Assembly (NCBI GenBank): GCA_038061125.1
Contig: JBBTZX010000034.1
Coordinates: 1-40,074, forward strand
DNA length: 40,074 bases
Source of the DNA: Patescibacteria group bacterium
Lineage (GTDB): Bacteria > Patescibacteriota > Microgenomatia > Levybacterales > UBA12049
Direction: 5' to 3'
Below, in pieces: positions 31,877 through 40,074 of this stretch (positions are counted from its first letter, which is position 1; every line of letters starts with the position of its first letter). The notes under the pieces were generated by a model. The model worked only from the letters and a program-made list of their open reading frames with translations. It had not been told where the DNA came from and made no database searches. A program made the translations under genes and the position numbers.

Positions 31877-32713
31877 ATGAAAAAAATTATTCTGCTTTTA
31901 GTCCCCGTATTTATTGCCATTATAGTTTTCCTAGTGGTTACATTTTTTCTAGATCCAAGTTTTGGCAAGGGAGCTTTACAAGTTACCTCAATACCTGAAA
32001 GCAATGTCTATCTGGATGGTAAATTATTAGGCAAAACTCCGCTTTGCAAATGTGAATTACAAAATATGCTGCCAAGCGGAGTACACGAGATTAAGCTTAT
32101 TCCAACTTCAGGAGATCTAAAGCCATACGAGGAGCGCATAACAATTACCAAATCAACACTTACGGTTGTAGACAGAACATTTAATAATTCATCGTCAGAA
32201 GGCAGTGTGATAAATTTAACCCCTCTTGAAAATAAAAACTCAATGGAACTTTCCATAATATCGTTTCCTGATAAATCAGGTGTATTGTTAGACAACAATA
32301 TAGTTGGGAATACCCCTCTCTTATTAAAAGACATAACTCAATCAGATCATGACTTAATTCTTAAAAAAGACGGATATAAAGATAAGTCAATCAAGATTAG
32401 AACGGCATTGGGATATAGGCTTAATGTTTTAATCTCTCTTGGTATAAATTTGGCAGTTTCTGAAGCATCCGCTGTGTCAAGTCCGTCCGCAGTACCCAAA
32501 CCGGCTGTTGCTATTCAAAAAGTAGTTATTCTTCAGACTCCAACAGGAGACTTAAATGTTAGAGAAAGCGGATCTTTAGACTCGCCAAAGGTTAGTAAAG
32601 TTTATCCCGGAGACAGTTTTGACCTTGTTAGCGAAAAAGATAACTGGTTTGAAATAAAGCTGCAAGATGGAAAAACAGGTTGGATTAGTGCTATCTATGC
32701 CAAAAAAGAGTAA
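31877..32713 (+). CDS. Membrane-anchored PEGA-domain and SH3b-domain protein
   Basis: N-terminal TM helix. Two PEGA-like segments (SIPESNVYLDGKLLGKTPL; FPDKSGVLLDNNIVGNTPL). A C-terminal SH3_3-like segment (LNVRESGSLDSPKVSKVYPGDSFDLVSEKDNWFEIKLQDGKTGWI). Confidence 0.65.
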   Translation: MKKIILLLVPVFIAIIVFLVVTFFLDPSFGKGALQVTSIPESNVYLDGKLLGKTPLCKCELQNMLPSGVHEIKLIPTSGDLKPYEERITITKSTLTVVDRTFNNSSSEGSVINLTPLENKNSMELSIISFPDKSGVLLDNNIVGNTPLLLKDITQSDHDLILKKDGYKDKSIKIRTALGYRLNVLISLGINLAVSEASAVSSPSAVPKPAVAIQKVVILQTPTGDLNVRESGSLDSPKVSKVYPGDSFDLVSEKDNWFEIKLQDGKTGWISAIYAKKE

Positions 32714-32716
32714 TAA

Positions 32717-33661
32717 TTAGGGACCTATAAAATAGATGATTATTATGACTAAAATTATCCACGTAATTACAGTTATAAATAAAGGTTTATCTGAAGTTAA
32801 GACTCTTTCCGGACTTTCCCCTTCATGTTTTTCATAGATGTCTTGTAGGTATCGCATTAAACCATAGACAACGGGGGCAATGGTAATCATAAGCCATTTT
32901 CTCTGGAAGAAACTCGGCAAGAAATCCGGCAAGAATGCATCAAGACCCAACTTAAATCCTTTTGGATTTTCCAAAAATGTAAAAAGCGAATAGGAAATAA
33001 AGGTTGAAGTTGCGAAGATCGAGCTGTACACATCTAAAAGCCTTTCCGAGTAATGAGATAAAGATTTTCTTATATTAGTTATATTTACATCTTTTATTTG
33101 GGAAACAAGCGTTAATTCCGATCTTCGTTTGCCAATAGCCAGAAACAAAGAAAGAGAAATGGTTGTTAATAAAAGCCAAACTGAAATATGAAATCCACTT
33201 GCAACTTCTCCGGCATAAACTCTTAAAATATAACCGGCCGCTATAAGCAGGATATCCAGAATAGCAATAGATTTTAAAAATACGGAATATGATAATTGCA
33301 TTAAGAAATAGACAACAGCTAAAAGAAAGAAAGCAGGAGTTACATAAAATCCTACGAATAGGGAGATAGCTACTAAAAAAATAGCCAATATTAGCGCAAG
33401 TTTTACTGATAAGTCACCATGTGCCAAGGGCCTAAATCTTTTGAATGGATGGAGTTTATCTTTCTCAATGTCAAAAACATCGTTTATTATGTATGCGGCA
33501 GAGGAAAGAACACAAAATACAAGAAATGCGATTGCTACTTTTTGGAATATTGCAGCATTAAATAATTGTCCGGAAAAAGTTATAGCTCCAAAAAGCGCAA
33601 AATTTTTTATCCATTGTCTAGGGCGTAATAGTTTTATTAAGCTAATTATTTTTTTTGTCAT
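32717..33661 (-). CDS. UbiA-family prenyltransferase, decaprenyl-phosphate phosphoribosyltransferase-like
   Basis: 314 aa. LLRPRQWIKNFALF N-terminus and NDVFDIEKDKLHPFKRFRPLA (NDxxDxxxD motif), about 8 TM helices. The pattern is typical of the DPPR-synthase subfamily. Confidence 0.65.
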   Translation of the reverse strand: MTKKIISLIKLLRPRQWIKNFALFGAITFSGQLFNAAIFQKVAIAFLVFCVLSSAAYIINDVFDIEKDKLHPFKRFRPLAHGDLSVKLALILAIFLVAISLFVGFYVTPAFFLLAVVYFLMQLSYSVFLKSIAILDILLIAAGYILRVYAGEVASGFHISVWLLLTTISLSLFLAIGKRRSELTLVSQIKDVNITNIRKSLSHYSERLLDVYSSIFATSTFISYSLFTFLENPKGFKLGLDAFLPDFLPSFFQRKWLMITIAPVVYGLMRYLQDIYEKHEGESPERVLTSDKPLFITVITWIILVIIIIYFIGP

Positions 33662-34712
33662 TATTGTTATTTAAAGCAAGATGAAGAGAAAAAATAACTC
33701 CCCCTACTATCAGTATAACCATAATAATAACAAAAAGTTTACCTTTGCTTGTTAAAACTAAAGCAAGCGCCCCTAATATAGCAGAAAATATCCAATAAAA
33801 CAACGCAATGCTTCTTTGTTTAAAACCAATACTTAAAAGAAGATGGTGTAAGTGTTTTTTGTCATGCCAGAAAGGAGAACGTCCTGTTAGAAAGCGGCGG
33901 AAAATTGTAAATACGCCGTCTATCATCGGCACACCCATAACTAAAATTGCAGTTGCCACCTTAGCGCTGGACAAGATGGAGACAGCAGCAAGAAGAAGGT
34001 AAGCAGCAGTTGCGCCATAACCTGGAAAAATTTTCGCAGGATGAAAATTAAATATCAGAAATCCTAATGCCGCACCGGCTATTATAAAGGAAAGCTGCGA
34101 GCTAATAAGAGTAGATTGATCAAAAGGCTGAAATTTAAGGCTTACTATTCCAATTACAATAGCAGATATTGCCACTACCCCTGGCATTTGTCCGTCAACA
34201 CCTTTACTCCAATTTAACATATTCATTACCCAGACGATCCAGATTAATGCGATAAGGTCGGAAAATACCAAAATAGAATGATGTCCAAGAAAATCAAAAG
34301 ACACTCTTAAAGTATCTAGGTATAGTATGCCGCCGAATGGATTGGTTATAAACGGAATGCTTAATCCGCTTCCAACTACTATTAAAGCGCTGATAATATT
34401 TATTAAAAAGCGCAGGTACGGAGAGATATCGAATTTATCATCCAAAACCCCGACTACAAGAGATATAAATGCTGCTATGAAAAGAGCAATAACGATCTTA
34501 GTGAACGGTAAAAATATAATACTTGCTACGAAAATTCCTATAAAAAGAGGTATTCCTCCGCCTCTTGGTATTGGTTTTTTATGAATTACAGCAGGATGTT
34601 TATGAAGTTTAGGATTATCCATGATCCCTAATTTTTTGATAAAGATTAGAGCAATAGGAGTTGCCATAACAGTTGCTACAAAGGATATTATAAGAGGGGA
34701 AATGACATTCAT
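33642..34712 (-). CDS. Polyprenyl-phosphate N-acetylhexosamine-1-phosphate transferase (GT4, WecA/MraY family)
   Basis: 356 aa. DNPKLHKHPAVIHKKPIPRGGG, GVLDDKFDISP and NMLNWSKGVDG motifs, polytopic. Confidence 0.75.
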   Translation of the reverse strand: MNVISPLIISFVATVMATPIALIFIKKLGIMDNPKLHKHPAVIHKKPIPRGGGIPLFIGIFVASIIFLPFTKIVIALFIAAFISLVVGVLDDKFDISPYLRFLINIISALIVVGSGLSIPFITNPFGGILYLDTLRVSFDFLGHHSILVFSDLIALIWIVWVMNMLNWSKGVDGQMPGVVAISAIVIGIVSLKFQPFDQSTLISSQLSFIIAGAALGFLIFNFHPAKIFPGYGATAAYLLLAAVSILSSAKVATAILVMGVPMIDGVFTIFRRFLTGRSPFWHDKKHLHHLLLSIGFKQRSIALFYWIFSAILGALALVLTSKGKLFVIIMVILIVGGVIFSLHLALNNNNDKKNN

Positions 34713-34713
34713 A

Positions 34714-35112
34714 TTAAATAATTAGCTGAAACACTTTTATTATAAAAAGAAATATTAAAATTTCTGCTAATAAACTTACAGTAGCGAGCATACGTGACAC
34801 AAGAGGGATTTTTTCATATGCTAATTCGGCAATTATTATATTACAGATGAATACAAGAAAGGCAATTAAAGGAGGAATAAATATTGTCGCTGTTGATCCT
34901 AATCTTTGCTCTCCCCAGGGCAATTGATTGAAGATGGGAATAAAAGGAGGCAAATTACGATAGTAAAACCCTATTAACGCAAAAGTAAAAATTATTAACA
35001 ATAAATTAGCTATGAATATTCTTTTTGTAGTTTGGTCCTGCAGAATATTTTTAAAAAAATCTTTCATAAATTGAAGCATTGTCGATATTGATTTTATGAA
35101 AATAATTAGCAA
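34714..35112 (-). CDS. Small integral membrane protein, unknown function
   Basis: 132-aa ORF with 3-4 TM helices. The true start is probably an internal Met (35079 or 35067), because the ORF overlaps the 3' end of the upstream gene. Confidence 0.4.
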   Translation of the reverse strand: MLIIFIKSISTMLQFMKDFFKNILQDQTTKRIFIANLLLIIFTFALIGFYYRNLPPFIPIFNQLPWGEQRLGSTATIFIPPLIAFLVFICNIIIAELAYEKIPLVSRMLATVSLLAEILIFLFIIKVFQLII

Positions 35113-36538
35113 GCGAAAAAGGTATAGGAGCTTGATCGGGCATTGTGATAATAAATTTAGGTTTCTTTTTCTCTAAAGCAATTTTTGTATTTATAAGTCC
35201 ATCATGGTAGTTTACCATGTGATAAGCTACTAGATATTTTCCCGGCGGTACAGCACCTATTAACTTATAAACTTGAGCATTATTTCCCCAGATAAATATA
35301 GAATCCGTAGTTTTAACTCTTGGTTTAATGAATTGTGCAATCTCGTAATCTATAGGAGTTTTTTTATCAAAAAAAGATTGATAGGAAATAAGATTTTGTT
35401 TCCCAGTTATGAAAGAAAAAATATTTACATAATAAAGGACATTTTTCTCAAGCGGATAAAAAGAAAAATTTTTCAAAATTAGAAGAAGAGAACTAAGAAT
35501 AAAAACTAAATATATTTGTTTAAATTTATTACTGGTAATAAATAGTCCTAAGAGAAGGGAAAAACTTGGTAGCAAAACTAGTAAATAATGACCGTAAGGA
35601 CGTTCGGAAAAAAATGCATTAAACAGCGAAAAAGAAAACCAGAGTAGTACGAAAATAGAAGTTAATCCCAATCTCTCCTTTTTGATAAAAATAATAACAG
35701 AGAATATCGCAAGTGCTAAAAATTTTACAACAAGAAGCCCTTGGGGAATTCCAAAAAGCTTATTGCCATACCCAACATATCCGACATTTGTAGATAAGGT
35801 AGCATTTAAAAAATCAGAAAATGCGCCTCTTAATAAGAAGAATAAGCAAGTTAAGCCTATTGGTAACAAAAAACCAAAAGCGAATGGAAATAATTGTTTC
35901 CCTAATGCTTTAGCGGCCTCTTTAATTTTTAAATGTTTTTGTAAATTGTTAAGAAAGACAAAGGATATGAATAAAAATAGTGCTGCAAAATCAAAAACAG
36001 CAACTACTTTAAAAAGGAAAGCTATTCCTAATAATAAACCCGCAAGGAAGGAATTTTTGGACTGTTTTTGATTAACAATCAAAAGAGCGGAAAGTATAAT
36101 CGGCAGCAGCATAAAGTTTTCTGCATTCGCGATATTTCCCTCTATCAAAGGAAGGCCAAAAACAAAAGAGAAAAAGGCAGTCGAAAGATAGCAGGCAAAC
36201 CTATTATTTGTTTTAAATTTTGAAAAGAGTTTTCTAGCAAGTAGGAAAAAAGCGATAACGGATAATACTCCAAATATTACTGAAACAAGCCGTATTGTAA
36301 ATTGATCGGAATTAAATAATGAATACAAAAGATAAATTAAGGGAGGTTTATTATCAAAAATATCTCTATATAAAAGCTTTCCTTGACTAAGTGCAATTCC
36401 TATTGTTTGATAAATCCCTTCATCTCCGTACCAATAGGGTTCAAATAGGGATGGCAATCTAAGAAGAAAAAAGATGAATGAAGTAATTAAAGCAAACCAA
36501 AAATCTTTGCTTTTTTCAAGACGGCCAAGAATCTTCAT
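35051..36538 (-). CDS. GT-C fold (ArnT/PMT-like) membrane glycosyltransferase candidate
   Basis: 495 aa, EPYWYGDEGIY after TM1, many TM helices, soluble C-terminal domain. 4-nt overlap with the upstream GT2. Confidence 0.55.
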   Translation of the reverse strand: MKILGRLEKSKDFWFALITSFIFFLLRLPSLFEPYWYGDEGIYQTIGIALSQGKLLYRDIFDNKPPLIYLLYSLFNSDQFTIRLVSVIFGVLSVIAFFLLARKLFSKFKTNNRFACYLSTAFFSFVFGLPLIEGNIANAENFMLLPIILSALLIVNQKQSKNSFLAGLLLGIAFLFKVVAVFDFAALFLFISFVFLNNLQKHLKIKEAAKALGKQLFPFAFGFLLPIGLTCLFFLLRGAFSDFLNATLSTNVGYVGYGNKLFGIPQGLLVVKFLALAIFSVIIFIKKERLGLTSIFVLLWFSFSLFNAFFSERPYGHYLLVLLPSFSLLLGLFITSNKFKQIYLVFILSSLLLILKNFSFYPLEKNVLYYVNIFSFITGKQNLISYQSFFDKKTPIDYEIAQFIKPRVKTTDSIFIWGNNAQVYKLIGAVPPGKYLVAYHMVNYHDGLINTKIALEKKKPKFIITMPDQAPIPFSLANYFHKINIDNASIYERFF

Positions 36539-38028
36539 AGCTTTTCGGTAACTTTATATTCAAGTCTTTTCCCAAGCATAAGTTGGGTATGGGAAATAAG
36601 AGCTGGAATTACGGAAAGAAAAAAACTTACAACAGGCAAAAGTATGAACTCCAGAGGAAAAAGGAACTCTCTGATTTTGGGTAAGGAATGATTCTTTGGT
36701 CTATTGCGGAAATCAATAGCAATCATTATGAGAAACGCGAACGTACAAAGAGTTAGTATGGATCCAGCCAAACTTGCAAGACTATATCCAAGAGTTGTCC
36801 TTTGAAAAACAGGGTTTACGAAAGCGATTATATTTGCAGAAACTGTTAAGATGAACCAATTGACAGGCCAAAGGAAATGATCCAGTAAAACGTTATAAAG
36901 AAGTATAGTTTTTCTGAAAAAAGGTACATTGGGAACAGTAAACCACCATTTTATAAATAGGGGGTCATCGGATACTCCCCAAGACCATCGTCTTTCCTGT
37001 TGATACTTATTTTTTAAGCTTCCGATATAGCTATAAGACAATGGAGCATCCATAGAGGTTTTTAAGAAAATTGGCTCTACAAAGACATGTCCTGACAATT
37101 TATAGAAAGCTTTGAAGAAGATTCTGTAATCTTCAGGAATTACATCGCAGTCCCAAAAATCGATTTTCTTAAGTAGAGAAAAAGACAAGGAATAAGTAGA
37201 GTTAGCAATTAATCTATCTTTTTGGACAAGAACACCTGTTCTCCAAAGGCTGCCAAAAAATGCAATGATTCTAATTGGAGCAGGAACATTCCAGAAATTA
37301 TTGTAATTTACATTAGCTGATTGCCAAAATTTATTATAGGGATTAGTGTCGCTTAAAAATTTGAAAGCCAGATAGGAGAAATATTGTCTATCAAATATAG
37401 AATCAGCATCTACAGATGAGACAGTCGCAAAGTTTATATCAATAGGTCCATTTTCAATTAATTTTTTGTAAACAATACGGCCTGCAAATGCCTCATTTGA
37501 AGATTTTCCTTTTACTTCATTTGGAACATCAGGGTGATATGTCGCAAAAATTTGTCCAAAATTTACTTTAAATTCATCAATAAGAGCATTTGCTTTTGTT
37601 ATTGCATCTTCTTCTCTTTTTTCCATAGCCAGAACTACAATAATTTTCCTTTTTGGGAAGGTTTGCGATGCAATAGCCTTGAGTGTTTGACGCAATTTAC
37701 TTACAGTCTCTTTGTAGTTTGGAATAATTATAACATGGTAAACTCGATTCCAATTTTTTAATGTTTTCGTTCTTTCCAGCCAATCTATGCCTTCAGCCTT
37801 TTTTATTTTTCTGGAGGCGATAAATGCTGTTGCCGACAAAGAAAAAGATTTATACAGCCAATAAATATCAAAAAATACGATAAAATAGGCAACAATGTAG
37901 GGTATAACTAAAGATCCCCAAACAGGAAATAGAATAAGCGCCCAAGAAACAAAACCGGGAAGCAATTCCAAAGACCTTTTAGTTTTGATTGGATATCTGC
38001 TAAAGACAGTCTGAAAAAATTTTGTCAT
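36535..38028 (-). CDS. Membrane-embedded processive family-2 glycosyltransferase
   Basis: 497 aa. IIIPNYKE (GT2 start), SVDADS (DxD), QQERRWSWG (QxxRW), and flanking TM helices. Confidence 0.75.
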   Translation of the reverse strand: MTKFFQTVFSRYPIKTKRSLELLPGFVSWALILFPVWGSLVIPYIVAYFIVFFDIYWLYKSFSLSATAFIASRKIKKAEGIDWLERTKTLKNWNRVYHVIIIPNYKETVSKLRQTLKAIASQTFPKRKIIVVLAMEKREEDAITKANALIDEFKVNFGQIFATYHPDVPNEVKGKSSNEAFAGRIVYKKLIENGPIDINFATVSSVDADSIFDRQYFSYLAFKFLSDTNPYNKFWQSANVNYNNFWNVPAPIRIIAFFGSLWRTGVLVQKDRLIANSTYSLSFSLLKKIDFWDCDVIPEDYRIFFKAFYKLSGHVFVEPIFLKTSMDAPLSYSYIGSLKNKYQQERRWSWGVSDDPLFIKWWFTVPNVPFFRKTILLYNVLLDHFLWPVNWFILTVSANIIAFVNPVFQRTTLGYSLASLAGSILTLCTFAFLIMIAIDFRNRPKNHSLPKIREFLFPLEFILLPVVSFFLSVIPALISHTQLMLGKRLEYKVTEKL

Positions 38029-38822
38029 AGGTTAAAAACAGCATTGGCGTTTCTCGTAGTTTGATCTTCAACTAAAGAAAAAGAAACACCTTTTATTTCG
38101 GCAATTTTTGCTGCTACGATTATAACATAAGAGGGTATGTTTAGGCTACCTCGATGAGGCTCCGGCGTAAGGAAAGGGCTGTCGGTTTCAGCTACAATTC
38201 TATCAAGAGGGGCATAGTTCACTAAATCTTTTAAATGGATATTCTCTCCCGGTGCAAAACCTTGATATGTAATATTGCCATCAAAACCAACATAAAATCC
38301 AAGATTAAGCACTTGTTTTAGAAATTGTATATCTCCGGACATACAGTGGAACATTCCCGGAGGGCTTAAGAGATACGATTTATGGCTTGAAAGTATCTCC
38401 AAAATATCTTTTCCTGCATGACGATTATGAATTTGAAGGGGCAATTTGAGCTTGAAAGCAAGCTCTATCTGTTTTATAAATATGTCTTTTTGGAGTTTTG
38501 GATCCACAATTGAGTTCGATTTATACGAATAATAATCCATGCCAATTTCCCCAATTGCGACAACTTTTTTCGCATTTTTCGCGAGTTTTTCAAGGGTAAT
38601 TTCCCATCCCTTTTCAAGTTTATCCGCATGATGAGGATGGATACCAACTATAGCAAAAAGGTTTTCGTAATCTTTTGCGAGCCCTATTGCTTTTTGACTT
38701 GAATCTATTTTCGTTCCGACATTTATAATCTTTTCTACGCCGTCTTTCTTAGCCTTTTTAATAACTTCATCATAGTTTTTTTCGAACGAATGGAAGTTGA
38801 GGTGGCAATGAACATCTATCAT
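38025..38822 (-). CDS. tatD: TatD-family metal-dependent hydrolase/DNase
   Basis: MIDVHCHLNF, GEIGMDYY, and a later ETDSPFL. 265 aa. Confidence 0.85.
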   Translation of the reverse strand: MIDVHCHLNFHSFEKNYDEVIKKAKKDGVEKIINVGTKIDSSQKAIGLAKDYENLFAIVGIHPHHADKLEKGWEITLEKLAKNAKKVVAIGEIGMDYYSYKSNSIVDPKLQKDIFIKQIELAFKLKLPLQIHNRHAGKDILEILSSHKSYLLSPPGMFHCMSGDIQFLKQVLNLGFYVGFDGNITYQGFAPGENIHLKDLVNYAPLDRIVAETDSPFLTPEPHRGSLNIPSYVIIVAAKIAEIKGVSFSLVEDQTTRNANAVFNL

Positions 38823-38918
38823 AGTAGTATTATACGATATATACTCTATAATTATGATAAGAAATCCTTGACAAAGTTATTGTGTCAGGACTATCATAAG
38901 TTTTTCTAGAGGGTATTT

Positions 38919-40074
38919 ATGAAGGTAAACTTCTTTTTAACAAGATATATTGACAAATTGTCTGCTTCTGTTTTTAAAATATCCGTCAACAACGTTAAAC
39001 CCAAAATCAATACCACATCACAGCTATTTGAAGATGCTTATAGGAATATAAATGAATTATTTCTGGAATTGCATACATCTACAGAGGGTTTGATAAACGG
39101 ACAAGGCAGAAAATTGCTCAAACAGTATGGATTAAATGAAGTAGCCCATGAAAAAAGAAAGTTTTGGCTGATACGTCTTCTATCCAGTTTTAATAATCCA
39201 TTAGTTTTCCTTCTCTTATTCTTGGCAATAATCTCTTTGGTTACGAAAGATGTTTCCACATCGGGCATTATATTCATAATGGTTCTTTTAAGCGTATTAA
39301 TAAGATTTTTTGAAGAGAATCAAGCCTATAATGCTGCGGAAAGTTTAAGGTCTATGGTGAGGACAACATGTACGGTAATAAGAAAAGGTAATCCTAAGGA
39401 GATCGATCTTAAATTAGTTGTCCCCGGAGATATTGTTAGGCTTTCGGCAGGAGATCTTGTTCCTGCGGACGTAAGAATGATTCAAAGTAAAGATTTATTC
39501 GTTAATCAATCATTATTAACCGGAGAATCTTTGCCTGTTGAGAAACATGCAATTTTGCCCAAAGAAAAAGAACGGGACAATATCTTTGAATTGCAAAATA
39601 TGTGTTTTATGGGTACCAATGTTGAAAGCGGAGTAGCGACAGCGCTTGTTTTACATACGGGGCGAAATACCTACTTTGGAACTCTAGCTCAAAGTATAGT
39701 TGGGCAAAGAAGTCTTACGAGTTTTGATAAAGGAATAGACCAATTTACCTGGCTTATGATCAGATTTATGCTGGTTATGGCTCCGATTGTATTTCTTATT
39801 AACGGATTGGGTAAGGGCAATTGGTGGGAAGCCTTACTTTTCGCAATATCGGTTGCTGTCGGTTTAACTCCGGAAATGCTTCCGGCAATCGTAACGGTTA
39901 ATCTTTCAAAAGGTGCAATTGCAATGGCAAAGAAAAAAGTTATAGTAAAAAGATTAAGCGCAATTCAAAATTTTGGAGCTATGAATATTTTGTGTACGGA
40001 TAAAACAGGCACTCTTACCCAAAATAGAATAGTTTTAATCAAAAACATCAATATTAGCGGAGAAACGGATTACA
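38919..40074 (+). CDS. mgtA: Mg2+-importing P-type ATPase (MgtA-like), 5' part only; runs off the window
   Basis: Not in the ORF track because there is no stop codon in the window. I translated it by hand from ATG 38919, which is preceded by AGAGGG. VVPGDIVRLSAGDLVPADVRM, LTGESLPVEK, AVGLTPEMLP, ILCTDKTGTLTQNR (DKTGT phosphorylation site). Confidence 0.85.
   Translation, partial: MKVNFFLTRYIDKLSASVFKISVNNVKPKINTTSQLFEDAYRNINELFLELHTSTEGLINGQGRKLLKQYGLNEVAHEKRKFWLIRLLSSFNNPLVFLLLFLAIISLVTKDVSTSGIIFIMVLLSVLIRFFEENQAYNAAESLRSMVRTTCTVIRKGNPKEIDLKLVVPGDIVRLSAGDLVPADVRMIQSKDLFVNQSLLTGESLPVEKHAILPKEKERDNIFELQNMCFMGTNVESGVATALVLHTGRNTYFGTLAQSIVGQRSLTSFDKGIDQFTWLMIRFMLVMAPIVFLINGLGKGNWWEALLFAISVAVGLTPEMLPAIVTVNLSKGAIAMAKKKVIVKRLSAIQNFGAMNILCTDKTGTLTQNRIVLIKNINISGETDY

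Noticed and set aside
38823-38918. Mg2+ (M-box) riboswitch or mgtL-type leader upstream of mgtA
   Set aside because: The leader is under 40 nt after the putative promoter (TTGACA 38868-38873). That is far too short for an M-box, and no leader peptide is present.
39038-39277. 79-aa minus-strand ORF
   Set aside because: It lies antisense within the hand-translated MgtA reading frame, which has strong P-type ATPase motifs.

Overview
The window is an AT-rich bacterial contig. I did not compute G+C; by eye it is about one third. Genes are tightly packed, many with 4-nt ATGA-type overlaps. The content resembles a reduced Patescibacteria/CPR-type genome, but that placement is inference. Housekeeping genes: pcrA/uvrD, a short tpiA, rpsT, murJ, lepA, groES-groEL, tatD, and a 5'-partial mgtA running off the right edge. 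Envelope genes are numerous: FemAB-like, LCP, WecA/MraY-family GT4, a UbiA-family prenyl-phosphate phosphoribosyltransferase-like gene, a processive GT2, and five GT-C/ArnT/PMT/YYY-type polytopic membrane proteins. There is also a pilN/pilO-like operon with large secreted FN3/PKD-type proteins.

Two accessory regions stand out. (1) 4225-6843 is a complete diversity-generating retroelement (DGR). The template repeat (5299-5435) differs from the variable repeat at the 3' end of a small target gene (4836-4972) only at template adenines. It has an Avd-like four-helix-bundle gene and an RT with the LGNLTSQ and YADD motifs. The layout is unusual: avd is antisense between TR and RT, a hairpin plus T6 directly follows TR, the target is GC-rich and lacks a signal peptide, and the cassette is bracketed by perfect 36-bp direct repeats that duplicate the pcrA 5' end. 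(2) 21746-26744, between murJ and lepA, is a small defence-type islet. It holds an unknown protein, a tRNA 3'-end relic, a beta-class DNA methyltransferase fused to an Mrr-like nuclease domain, a divergent C-protein-like HTH, an unknown protein with an Rx4H (HEPN-like) motif, and a PIN/Phd toxin-antitoxin pair.

Three window-wide oddities: (a) tandem heptanucleotide repeats sit inside several unrelated conserved genes; (b) extended -10 promoters of the form TGCTATA(A/C)T recur; (c) many start codons lie only 6-12 nt after a -10 box, which suggests leaderless mRNAs. No rRNA, intact tRNA or CRISPR array was seen.
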